Positions 10,667-18,668 of a DNA stretch of 64,000 nucleotides are shown piece by piece; the stretch's first letter is position 1, and each line of letters begins with the position of its first letter. The stretch covers positions 17,032 to 81,031 of the forward strand of contig CANQXQ010000001.1 of NCBI GenBank assembly GCA_947627845.1, written 5' to 3'. Below the pieces are notes generated by a model, which searched no databases, was not told the DNA's origin, and was given only the letters and a program-made list of their open reading frames with translations. This DNA comes from an uncultured Bacilli bacterium. Lineage in GTDB: Bacteria > Bacillota_I > Bacilli_A > RF39 > UBA660. A program made the position numbers and the translations under genes.

Positions 10667-11380
10667 TTATTTAGCTTTACTTTCCCCGGTTTTATAATCT
10701 ATTTCTACCCCATCTTCAACATTATATATATAAACATGAAAACTTAAAGTTTCTCCATGATCTTCAAAAGAAGCCGCCTCCATTTCAATGCCACTTGCGA
10801 CTAAATTAGTTCCCTCATAAATAGGCGTTACCCGATATAAAACATGATTATTCGTTTCTTTAACATAATTTGCTACTTTATTTTCAAAATCAAGCATAGC
10901 ACCAGTATTAGTACTGCGAGTACAAGTTATTAAATTTTTTTCATTAGCATTTTCGCCAGTAAGTTGATAACCAATTAAATGACATCTATTATATAAATAT
11001 TTACCATCAACAAAATCATATTTAACAGTATGCCAACCACTAGGTTTAATACCACTTATTGAACCCCTTTCAGTCGTTGGCATAGTCTCTATTCCAACTT
11101 TAGCAAAGGCTACTTGAGCTCTATTAAGTAAATCTAAATTACTATATATTTCTAATTCTTTAGTTTGATAATCATCGGTGGTAAACTCTGGTTTATTATC
11201 ATTTAGATAAACATAGGGATTACCATTATAAGGGGGAATATTTGCTAAAGAAGCATAGGACTCACTAAATACATGAACTTCTAAAAAATTATAAATATCA
11301 TCTTTAAAATAAGTAAATAAAAGAATTAAAATAACTAAAATAATGGTAAATAATGATTTATTTTTTTTATGTCTTTTCAT
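10667..11380 (-). CDS. Membrane-anchored DNA/RNA non-specific endonuclease (EndA/NucA-like His-Me finger)
   Basis: N-terminal TM LFTIILVILILLFTY. Core YNRCHLIGYQLTGENANEKNLITCTRSTNTGAML resembles the DRGH...N...N block of Endonuclease_NS, here written NRCH. Confidence 0.55.
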   Translation of the reverse strand: MKRHKKNKSLFTIILVILILLFTYFKDDIYNFLEVHVFSESYASLANIPPYNGNPYVYLNDNKPEFTTDDYQTKELEIYSNLDLLNRAQVAFAKVGIETMPTTERGSISGIKPSGWHTVKYDFVDGKYLYNRCHLIGYQLTGENANEKNLITCTRSTNTGAMLDFENKVANYVKETNNHVLYRVTPIYEGTNLVASGIEMEAASFEDHGETLSFHVYIYNVEDGVEIDYKTGESKAK

Positions 11381-11434
11381 ACTATTTCCCTACTTTGTAT
11401 ATTTATTATAACATAATTTTCTTAAAGAAAAAAG

Positions 11435-12178
11435 TTATGTGATTTTTTTAGAAATAACATTACTTTCCTTTTCAATAACCCCATTATAAAAACTAGGTAC
11501 TTCACCCTCAATCATCATGGAAGCAATAAGAGTTTTATATTCGAGATTAAATTCTTTATAATGAAAAGGCGCTATTATCGCGGGAGTTAATTTTAAATAA
11601 ATAAAAACTTCAACTAAAGCATTATTAAGACCATAATTTGTTACTTTGGTTTCTAAATTGGTTAAAATACTGCCTATAAAATTAATTTTTACAGGTATTT
11701 TAGGACCTAAATTATAAAAATAAGTACTATTAAAAACATTACCGATGGGAATATTTAAAACAATACCATTTGTTTTATGACTTAAATTATGATCATAATA
11801 ACTAAATGATATATCACCATTTTCGATGTTTTTAAAAGAATTAGTTAAAAGATTAGAGACATTATCTAAAACTTTATAAGCTGTATCTAAATTAAAATCA
11901 ACATATAATATTTCATTATTATTGTTTTTATTAATAACTAAAATATTATTTAAACTATCTTTATTTAATATTTCATTAGTAATATTATTGGTAATTAAAT
12001 AATAAGTTACTCTTTTTATTTCTTCACTACTGATTTTTTCTAAAGTTTTATTAGCTCTTTTATTAAAATTAGAAAGTAAAAAAAATGTAAATATAATGAT
12101 TAAAATAAAAGTTATAATTAAAATTTTTCCTAATATTTTATTATTATATTTACTTTTAGATTTAAACATATATTTCAT
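11435..12178 (-). CDS. Sporulation protein YunB-like (N-terminal TM)
   Basis: Block NLGPKIPVKINFIGSILTNLETKVTNYGLNNALVEVFIYLKLTPAIIAPF resembles YunB as I recall it (LGPKIPV...DLETR..EYGINNALMEV...IPF). That recollection is not database-checked. Confidence 0.45.
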   Translation of the reverse strand: MKYMFKSKSKYNNKILGKILIITFILIIIFTFFLLSNFNKRANKTLEKISSEEIKRVTYYLITNNITNEILNKDSLNNILVINKNNNNEILYVDFNLDTAYKVLDNVSNLLTNSFKNIENGDISFSYYDHNLSHKTNGIVLNIPIGNVFNSTYFYNLGPKIPVKINFIGSILTNLETKVTNYGLNNALVEVFIYLKLTPAIIAPFHYKEFNLEYKTLIASMMIEGEVPSFYNGVIEKESNVISKKIT

Positions 12179-12193
12179 ATTAAAATATATGCA

Positions 12194-13102
12194 TTAAAAT
12201 AAACCGATATCTAAAAATTTATTTAAAAAAATTACTAAACCTGCGATTAATATTAAACTAACAAATATAATCATGACATAAATTAAAGCCCGAGATGATT
12301 TTACTTCTTTTTTTAAATCATTAAAATCATCAAAATCACTTTGAGTAAAAGTTAAAGTATTTGTTAATACTGCGGTTGTATCATCATTATTAGCGGCCTC
12401 TTTTTGTTTTTCTTCAACTTCTTTTTTGGCTTCAGTTGCTTCTTCTAAAGACATTATAGGTGAGGTTTCTCCTAGACTTTCTTCTTCATGAGCACCCCCT
12501 ACAACGACGGTATTTTCATCCCCTTTTAAATCAGTTAAAATATCTAGAGGATCTAGGCTCTCTTCATTTTCTTTTTTGACATCTAATTCATGCATTGTAA
12601 TCGTATTGATTAAATCCATTAATTCATGATCATCTTTGTCTTCTTTGGTTGGTAAATCATTTTTTTCTTGGGGCTCTTCATCATTTGACTCAACATTTGA
12701 TTTATCAAGATTTAGGCTATTTAAGATATCAAATTGGGTATCTCTAATTTTTTTTAAACGCTCTTTATCATAATCGACTTCTTTTTCACTGCGAGCTTTT
12801 TCTAATATGGCATTAATATCATATTCTCTTGTTTCGTCCATATCAATATTTGGCTCTTCATAATCTTCATCGACAATAATACTCCGGCGTTTAGGTTCTT
12901 TATTGTATTTTGTATCAAGAATTTTTTTGATTTTTTCGACATCTATTTCTTGAGCATTATCATCAATGATGGTGGCATTAGAATCGACTTGGTAATCTTC
13001 GACTTCATAATTATTTATATTTTCATATAAACTTTCATTTCTTTGCTGTCTTAAAGGAGTTTCTGAATTTTCTTTGTAATATTTTTGCATTCGTGTTTGC
13101 AT
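12194..13102 (-). CDS. Highly acidic, tail-anchored membrane protein, unknown function
   Basis: 302 aa with a D/E-rich body and a single C-terminal TM ALIYVMIIFVSLILIAGLVIFL. Confidence 0.4.
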   Translation of the reverse strand: MQTRMQKYYKENSETPLRQQRNESLYENINNYEVEDYQVDSNATIIDDNAQEIDVEKIKKILDTKYNKEPKRRSIIVDEDYEEPNIDMDETREYDINAILEKARSEKEVDYDKERLKKIRDTQFDILNSLNLDKSNVESNDEEPQEKNDLPTKEDKDDHELMDLINTITMHELDVKKENEESLDPLDILTDLKGDENTVVVGGAHEEESLGETSPIMSLEEATEAKKEVEEKQKEAANNDDTTAVLTNTLTFTQSDFDDFNDLKKEVKSSRALIYVMIIFVSLILIAGLVIFLNKFLDIGLF

Positions 13103-13217
13103 TTTACCACAATCCTTCTAATTAATGATATCATATTTTTAGCACATTTAAAAGTCTTTATCTTTCCAATTTGTCAAAGTTTTGCTATAATTAGAGATAT
13201 AAAGGAGAAAATGATTT

Positions 13218-13502
13218 ATGAAAAAAATTAAAGTTAATCAAGAAGCTTGTATTGGATGTGGAGCATGTGTGGCAATTGATCCCGAACATTTTAGTTTTAA
13301 TGATGAGGGATTATCTCATCCAATAAGTCAAGAAAATTTAGAGGCTACAGAGCTTCAAAGTGCCATTGACTCTTGCCCTACTAGTGCAATTAGTATGGTA
13401 GAGGCTGATGAAATTTTAGATGGCACAGAGGAAGATCACTTAGAATGCGATGAGGAAGATGGTTGTGAATGTGAACATTGCCACACTTGCGAAAAAGAAT
13501 AA
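13218..13502 (+). CDS. 4Fe-4S ferredoxin with an acidic Cys/His-rich C-terminal tail
   Basis: CIGCGAC...CP cluster motif. The tail is ECDEEDGCECEHCHTCEKE. RBS AAAGGAGAAAATG. Confidence 0.75.
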   Translation: MKKIKVNQEACIGCGACVAIDPEHFSFNDEGLSHPISQENLEATELQSAIDSCPTSAISMVEADEILDGTEEDHLECDEEDGCECEHCHTCEKE

Positions 13503-13573
13503 TATTTACAAATTTATAAAAATATTATATACTTAATTTAGCGAGACACTTCATAGTGCTTGCCATTTGGCGT

Positions 13574-13612
13574 AGCACCATTTACTTAACAAGGTAAATG
13601 GTGCTTTTTTAT
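13574..13612 (+). terminator. Rho-independent terminator downstream of the ferredoxin gene
   Basis: 12-bp stem agcaccatttac/gtaaatggtgct with an 8-nt loop, followed by tttttt. Confidence 0.6.
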
Positions 13613-13936
13613 TTAAAAATTATTCGAAAATAATTAATAGAATAATTATTGCAATAAGTAATAGGATTAATAAATCTTTTTTACTCATACAACCATCACT
13701 TTCAAAAAAAAGGTAAAGTGGCAAGCACCAAGCCCCCTTAAGATGTCTCGCATGTTCAATATAACATAAATTTAAATAAAGTCAAAAAACAGATTTTATT
13801 AAATCTACTTAGCCAATTTAGTTAAATCTGCAGCAAATTTTGGACAAAATTAGGGATTTTTGCTACAGATTTGTTTAAATCTGTATTTTTTATTTATTTG
13901 ACATTTTATTAACAAAAAAGATTTCTTATTCGAAAT

Positions 13937-14650
13937 CTATTTTAAACTATATAATTTTTTTATTTCTTTTATTTTTAAAGGACGATATTCCCCTATTTTT
14001 AAATCATCTAAAGTTAAGAAAGCAATTTTAGTTCTTTTTAATTTTATTACAGGATGATTTAAACTAGCAAAAATATTTTTAACGATATGATTACGACCCT
14101 CGTGAATAGTTATTTCAATTAAAGATGTTTTCTTATCAAAATTTTTATCTTTAATTTTAAAATCTGAAGTATCTACTTTACGATTATCAATAACTATACC
14201 ATTTTTTAAACGTTCAATATCATCTTTATTTAATAAACCATTTATTCTAGCTAAATAAGTTTTAGGAATATTATTTTTAGGATGCATTAAAATATTAGCA
14301 AGTTCTCCATCATTAGTTAAAATAATTAAGCCCGTGGTGTCATAATCTAATCTACCTATAGGGTAAATTCTAGTAGATGTGGGAATTAAATCAACAACTG
14401 TTTGGCGATTTTTCTCATCTTTAGTGCTAGTAATAACGCCACTAGGTTTATTTAATAAATAATAAACTTTTTTTATTTCATTATTAATAACTTGACCATC
14501 TATTTCGATAATATCAGTACTATTTACTTTAGTTCCTAATTCTGTAACGATAGTATCATTTACTTTTACTTGACCATTTAGTATAAGTTCTTCCGCTTTT
14601 CTTCTAGAAGCATAACCATAACTGGCAATAACTTTTTGTAATCTTTCCAT
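13937..14650 (-). CDS. rluB: 23S rRNA pseudouridine synthase, RsuA/RluB family
   Basis: S4 domain (MERLQKVIASYGYASRRKAEELI) and catalytic GRLDYDTTGLIILTNDG. Confidence 0.85.
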   Translation of the reverse strand: MERLQKVIASYGYASRRKAEELILNGQVKVNDTIVTELGTKVNSTDIIEIDGQVINNEIKKVYYLLNKPSGVITSTKDEKNRQTVVDLIPTSTRIYPIGRLDYDTTGLIILTNDGELANILMHPKNNIPKTYLARINGLLNKDDIERLKNGIVIDNRKVDTSDFKIKDKNFDKKTSLIEITIHEGRNHIVKNIFASLNHPVIKLKRTKIAFLTLDDLKIGEYRPLKIKEIKKLYSLK

Positions 14651-14652
14651 CT

Positions 14653-15801
14653 TTAGACCCTTACTAACATATAAGCTAAGAATGCGACTAACAAGATTAA
14701 AACAATTAGACCATTAATTTTCTCACTTTTATTATCTTTACCAGGAATACCTAAAGCCATAGTAATTAAATAACCTCCGACTAAACCACCAATATGGGCA
14801 AAATTATCAATTCCGGGAAGTAAAAAGCCAATAATCAAATTAAGAATAATTACAGGGATTATTTGCGTTTTTAATACGGCGCCTAAATATAAGCGATAAT
14901 GATAACCAAAGTAAAGCAAAGAACCTAAAAGACCAAAGATAGCTCCACTAGCACCGGCCGAAATAGCACTATGCATAACTACGGAAAGCAAAGAACCAAT
15001 TATTCCACTTCCTAAAAAGACGATTAAGAATTTAGTTTTACCAATAAAGCCCTCTAATTGTCTTCCTATAATAAATAAAGCATACATATTAACAAGTAAA
15101 TGCACAAGACCAATATGTAAAAAGATTGATGTTACTAAACGCCATACTTGACCAGCTTTTATTAAGGCTTGAGAATTAGCCCCAAATAAGAGTAAAGTTT
15201 TGATGTCTTCACTTCCCGAGCCAAAAATATACATGGCAATAAAAGTTAAAAAGCAAATAGTAATTAACATAGGAGTTATAATAGCTTTTTTAGGAGTAAA
15301 TATTTTAGTATATGTTTCATTTTCTTTAACAGATTTAGCATTTATATCATTTGTAACATTAACTAATAAATCGATACCTTCTAAATCTTTTAGTAATTTA
15401 TTTTTTAAATTAGGAAATATTTCTAACATATTTTTATTATTAGTAATTTCTTGAACATCATTGACAATAATTGAAGAAATATTATTATTTTCTTCTAAAA
15501 AAGTTAGATTATCATCAACATTAATTAAAATATTTAAAGTATTTACTTTTAAAGATAAAGTTTTTTTCTTAATTTGATCAATTATTTTAGTTGTTCTAAA
15601 AATATCAAATTTATATTGTTCTTCATTATGAATATGATTAGAATTAATTCTAATAATACGATATGGACCTTCAACATTTTCTAACCATATTTCATCTTTA
15701 GCTCCTTGAACTAAGATTGGGGTATAGTTTTCAATTGTTATAAAATAATGAACTAACATCATAACTATTTCATCATTTTTACTAGTTATACTATAATTCA
15801 A
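14653..15801 (-). CDS. Rhomboid-family intramembrane serine protease with an N-terminal cytoplasmic domain
   Basis: Multiple TMs with the GASGAIFGLLGS catalytic Ser motif and a downstream His in a TM (AHIGGLVGG). Confidence 0.8.
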   Translation of the reverse strand: MNYSITSKNDEIVMMLVHYFITIENYTPILVQGAKDEIWLENVEGPYRIIRINSNHIHNEEQYKFDIFRTTKIIDQIKKKTLSLKVNTLNILINVDDNLTFLEENNNISSIIVNDVQEITNNKNMLEIFPNLKNKLLKDLEGIDLLVNVTNDINAKSVKENETYTKIFTPKKAIITPMLITICFLTFIAMYIFGSGSEDIKTLLLFGANSQALIKAGQVWRLVTSIFLHIGLVHLLVNMYALFIIGRQLEGFIGKTKFLIVFLGSGIIGSLLSVVMHSAISAGASGAIFGLLGSLLYFGYHYRLYLGAVLKTQIIPVIILNLIIGFLLPGIDNFAHIGGLVGGYLITMALGIPGKDNKSEKINGLIVLILLVAFLAYMLVRV

Positions 15802-15864
15802 AATTAATCACCTCAAGTACTTTTATTTTAATACAAAACATATATTTAGTAAAGAGGTGATATT

Positions 15865-16182
15865 ATGTCTTTATTATTTTATTTAACATTTATTTATCTT
15901 ATTATTATGGTTATTTATTATTTTATTTATCTTAAAAATATAAGTTATGATAATTTATTTGTAATTATTTTAAATTTTACTTTTTTATGTATTCTTCCCC
16001 TTTATTATAGTTATTTTAAAGAAAATATTTATAGTTTATTTATAAGTATTGCTCTTTTTATAAGTGCTTTTATATTTAATTTAAAAATAAAAGAAATATT
16101 TCACACTAATAAAATATTTCCCTTAATTTATTTTTTAATAACTTTCTTTATTTTAGGAGTTATTACTCTAAGTTTAATTTAA
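15865..16182 (+). CDS. Small polytopic membrane protein, hypothetical
   Basis: 105 aa, three hydrophobic segments, good RBS AGAGGTGATATTATG. Composition is compatible with chance in AT-rich DNA. Confidence 0.35.
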   Translation: MSLLFYLTFIYLIIMVIYYFIYLKNISYDNLFVIILNFTFLCILPLYYSYFKENIYSLFISIALFISAFIFNLKIKEIFHTNKIFPLIYFLITFFILGVITLSLI

Positions 16183-17076
16183 TTTTTCTTCTAACTCATC
16201 TAGGTAATCTGTAAAGTATTTAGGAAGTGGACAAGTAAAGTCCATTTCTTTTTTAGTGATGGGATGAATAAAGTGCATTTTATAAGAATGTAAGAATTGA
16301 CCAAATTCAGTGGCTTTATCTTTAGAATATACTGGATCATTATGAACCGGAAAGCCAATATAAGCCATGTGAACTCTTATTTGATGAGTTCTACCAGTAT
16401 CTAAAATACAACTAACTAGGGTATTATTTTTATATCGTTTTAAGACTTTTAAATGGGTAATGGCATTTTTACTATTTTCCGCGGTGACAGTCATTTTTTC
16501 CCGATTATTTTTATCACGACCAATTGGAGCATCGATAGTGGCCGAATTATTTTTAAAAACGCCATTTAAAAGAGCTATATATTCCCTTTTAATTCGTTTA
16601 TTTTTAAAATCCTCACTTAAAAGTTCATGAGCTTTATTAGTTTTAGCAATCATTATAAGACCACTTGTATCTTTATCAATACGATGAACAATTCCTGGTC
16701 TTTCTTCCCCACCAATATTACTTAAATTTTGAGTATAATATAAAAGACCATTAACTAAAGTATTTTGATAATTACCGGCCCCAGGATGCACAACTAAGCC
16801 ACTAGGTTTATTAATAATCATTAAATATTCGTCTTCATAAACAATATCTAAATCCATTTTAGTAGGAACTATATCAGTTTTTTCTACATAATCTTCGTCA
16901 TGAATAATTATTTCATCATTTATTTTTAATTTATAACTGGCCTTTTCATTTTTATTATTTACAAAAACTAAATGATTGGCAATTAATTTTTGAATATATT
17001 CGCGCGAAAAATCTAAATTTTCACTTAAATATTTATCTAAGCGCATATTTTCTTTAGTGGCTAGTAGTTTTAGCAT
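16174..17076 (-). CDS. rluD: RluA-family pseudouridine synthase (RluD/YlyB-like)
   Basis: S4-like N-terminus, catalytic HRIDKDTSGLIMIAK. Overlaps upstream lspA, as in B. subtilis lspA-ylyB. Confidence 0.85.
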   Translation of the reverse strand: MLKLLATKENMRLDKYLSENLDFSREYIQKLIANHLVFVNNKNEKASYKLKINDEIIIHDEDYVEKTDIVPTKMDLDIVYEDEYLMIINKPSGLVVHPGAGNYQNTLVNGLLYYTQNLSNIGGEERPGIVHRIDKDTSGLIMIAKTNKAHELLSEDFKNKRIKREYIALLNGVFKNNSATIDAPIGRDKNNREKMTVTAENSKNAITHLKVLKRYKNNTLVSCILDTGRTHQIRVHMAYIGFPVHNDPVYSKDKATEFGQFLHSYKMHFIHPITKKEMDFTCPLPKYFTDYLDELEEKLN

Positions 17077-17527
17077 TTTTATCTTCTCCTTTTAAAATAG
17101 CAATAATTAATAGTATTACTCCAATAACTATCGCAATATCAGCAATATTAAAGATGGGGTAATCATAACCAAATATAGTAAAATCTAAAAAGTCGCGGAC
17201 ATAACCTAAAAAGATGCGATCTGCTAAATTTGACATAATACCACTTAAAGTTAAAGCAAAAGCCAGATTATTACGAAAATTGTTTTTAAAGTTTAACATA
17301 AAACGAAGAAGAATAATAACCGCGATTAAGGAGGCTAAAATAAAAATAAAACTATAATTATTTAAGATACTAAAAGCCCCACCGGTATTATGAGCAACGG
17401 TAATAGCAAAAAAATTTTTAATAACAGAATAAGATTTATTTAATTTAAAATATATTTCAACTAAACTTTTAGATACTTGATCAACTATTAAAATAATAAT
17501 GGCAATTAAAAATGTTTTCTTGTTCAT
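17054..17527 (-). CDS. lspA: Lipoprotein signal peptidase II
   Basis: 157 aa, four TMs, conserved NTGGAF and FNIADIAIVIG blocks. Confidence 0.85.
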   Translation of the reverse strand: MNKKTFLIAIIILIVDQVSKSLVEIYFKLNKSYSVIKNFFAITVAHNTGGAFSILNNYSFIFILASLIAVIILLRFMLNFKNNFRNNLAFALTLSGIMSNLADRIFLGYVRDFLDFTIFGYDYPIFNIADIAIVIGVILLIIAILKGEDKNAKTTSH

Positions 17528-17558
17528 GGAAAATCACCTATTAAATTATATCATAAAA

Positions 17559-17783
17559 TTATAAATCTACCAAGATAACATCTTCACCGATTTTAACTAT
17601 TTGTTTAATGGTTACACTAACTTCTGCATCACTTTTAAAGAGTCTTTTAAAAAAATGTTTTTGCATAACAATAAAATAATTAATATTACCATCCTGGGTT
17701 ATATCAGCATCCGTTATAACTCCTAAATGTTTGCCATCTTGAATATTAATAACCATTTTAAGTTGTAAATCACTTAAACGCAT
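17559..17783 (-). CDS. YlmC/YmxH-family (PRC-barrel) sporulation protein
   Basis: 74 aa ending KIGEDVILVDL. Lies immediately downstream of the SigG-like gene, as in Bacilli/Clostridia. Confidence 0.6.
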   Translation of the reverse strand: MRLSDLQLKMVINIQDGKHLGVITDADITQDGNINYFIVMQKHFFKRLFKSDAEVSVTIKQIVKIGEDVILVDL

Positions 17784-17838
17784 ATATTTCCCCCTTATTA
17801 AAATATATTGATAAAAAATATTTTAATAACTTTTAAAA

Positions 17839-18615
17839 CTATTTAATCATTCGTTTAAGACTTAAAATAGCATTTTTTTCAATCCGAGAAACTTGAGCTT
17901 GACTAATATTTAGAGATTTAGCTATTTCCATTTGAGTTTTACCAACAATATAGCGAGCCATTAATATATCTTTTTCTCTTTTTTTGATTTTTGATAAAGC
18001 CCGATTTAGGGAAATTAATAAATCTTTATCACTATTTAGATCTTTTTTATCAGCAAGTTGATCCATTAAGTAAATGGTATCTCCCCCATCATTATATATA
18101 GGTTCATAAATACTCATTGGTTCTTTTAGGGAGTCGAGAGCTATAGCTATTTTATATTCCTCAATATCAAGTTCTTTAGCAATTAAAGCATTGGTAGGTT
18201 CAATCCCATATTTATTAAAATAAGTTTCTTTAAAGTTAATAATAGCATAGGCTAAATCTTTAATACTCCGGCTAACTCTTAAAGAGGTATTATCTCTAAT
18301 ATATCTTTTTATTTCACCTAAGATTAAAGGAACAGCGTAAGTTGATAATTTTAAATTGTAGGACAAATCAAAGTTATCAATGGCTTTAATTAAACCAATA
18401 ACCCCAACTTGGAATAAATCATCCATATTAAATTTACCTTTATTAAAACTTCGTAAAATACTTAATACAAGTTTTAAATTACCATTAATAAGCTCTTCTT
18501 TAGCTTGGGTATCACCCTGCCGGTATTTTTTAAAAAGTTCGATTGTTTGATTTGAGGTTAAAACTTTTAATTCATTAGTATTTATTCCGGTAATATCCAC
18601 TTTGTATCTCGCCAT
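17839..18615 (-). CDS. sigG: Sporulation sigma factor of the SigF/SigG group, most like forespore SigG
   Basis: 258 aa. LFQVGVIGLIKAIDNFDLSYNLKLSTYAVPLILGEIKRYIRDN, EPIYNDGGDTIYLMDQ and GKTQMEIAKSLNISQAQVSRIEKNAI closely follow B. subtilis SigG blocks. The sigG symbol is the less certain part of this call (SigF/SigG-group membership about 0.85). Confidence 0.75.
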   Translation of the reverse strand: MARYKVDITGINTNELKVLTSNQTIELFKKYRQGDTQAKEELINGNLKLVLSILRSFNKGKFNMDDLFQVGVIGLIKAIDNFDLSYNLKLSTYAVPLILGEIKRYIRDNTSLRVSRSIKDLAYAIINFKETYFNKYGIEPTNALIAKELDIEEYKIAIALDSLKEPMSIYEPIYNDGGDTIYLMDQLADKKDLNSDKDLLISLNRALSKIKKREKDILMARYIVGKTQMEIAKSLNISQAQVSRIEKNAILSLKRMIK

Positions 18616-18668
18616 TTAATAACTTCCTTTCTTTTTATTTATGGTTGAAAAGAAGTTATTTTATACAT

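Noticed and set aside
13620-13688. 22-codon hydrophobic minus-strand ORF listed as a gene
   Set aside because: It is kept only as a finding. It has no convincing RBS and hydrophobic runs arise easily in AT-rich sequence. Transcript evidence is needed.
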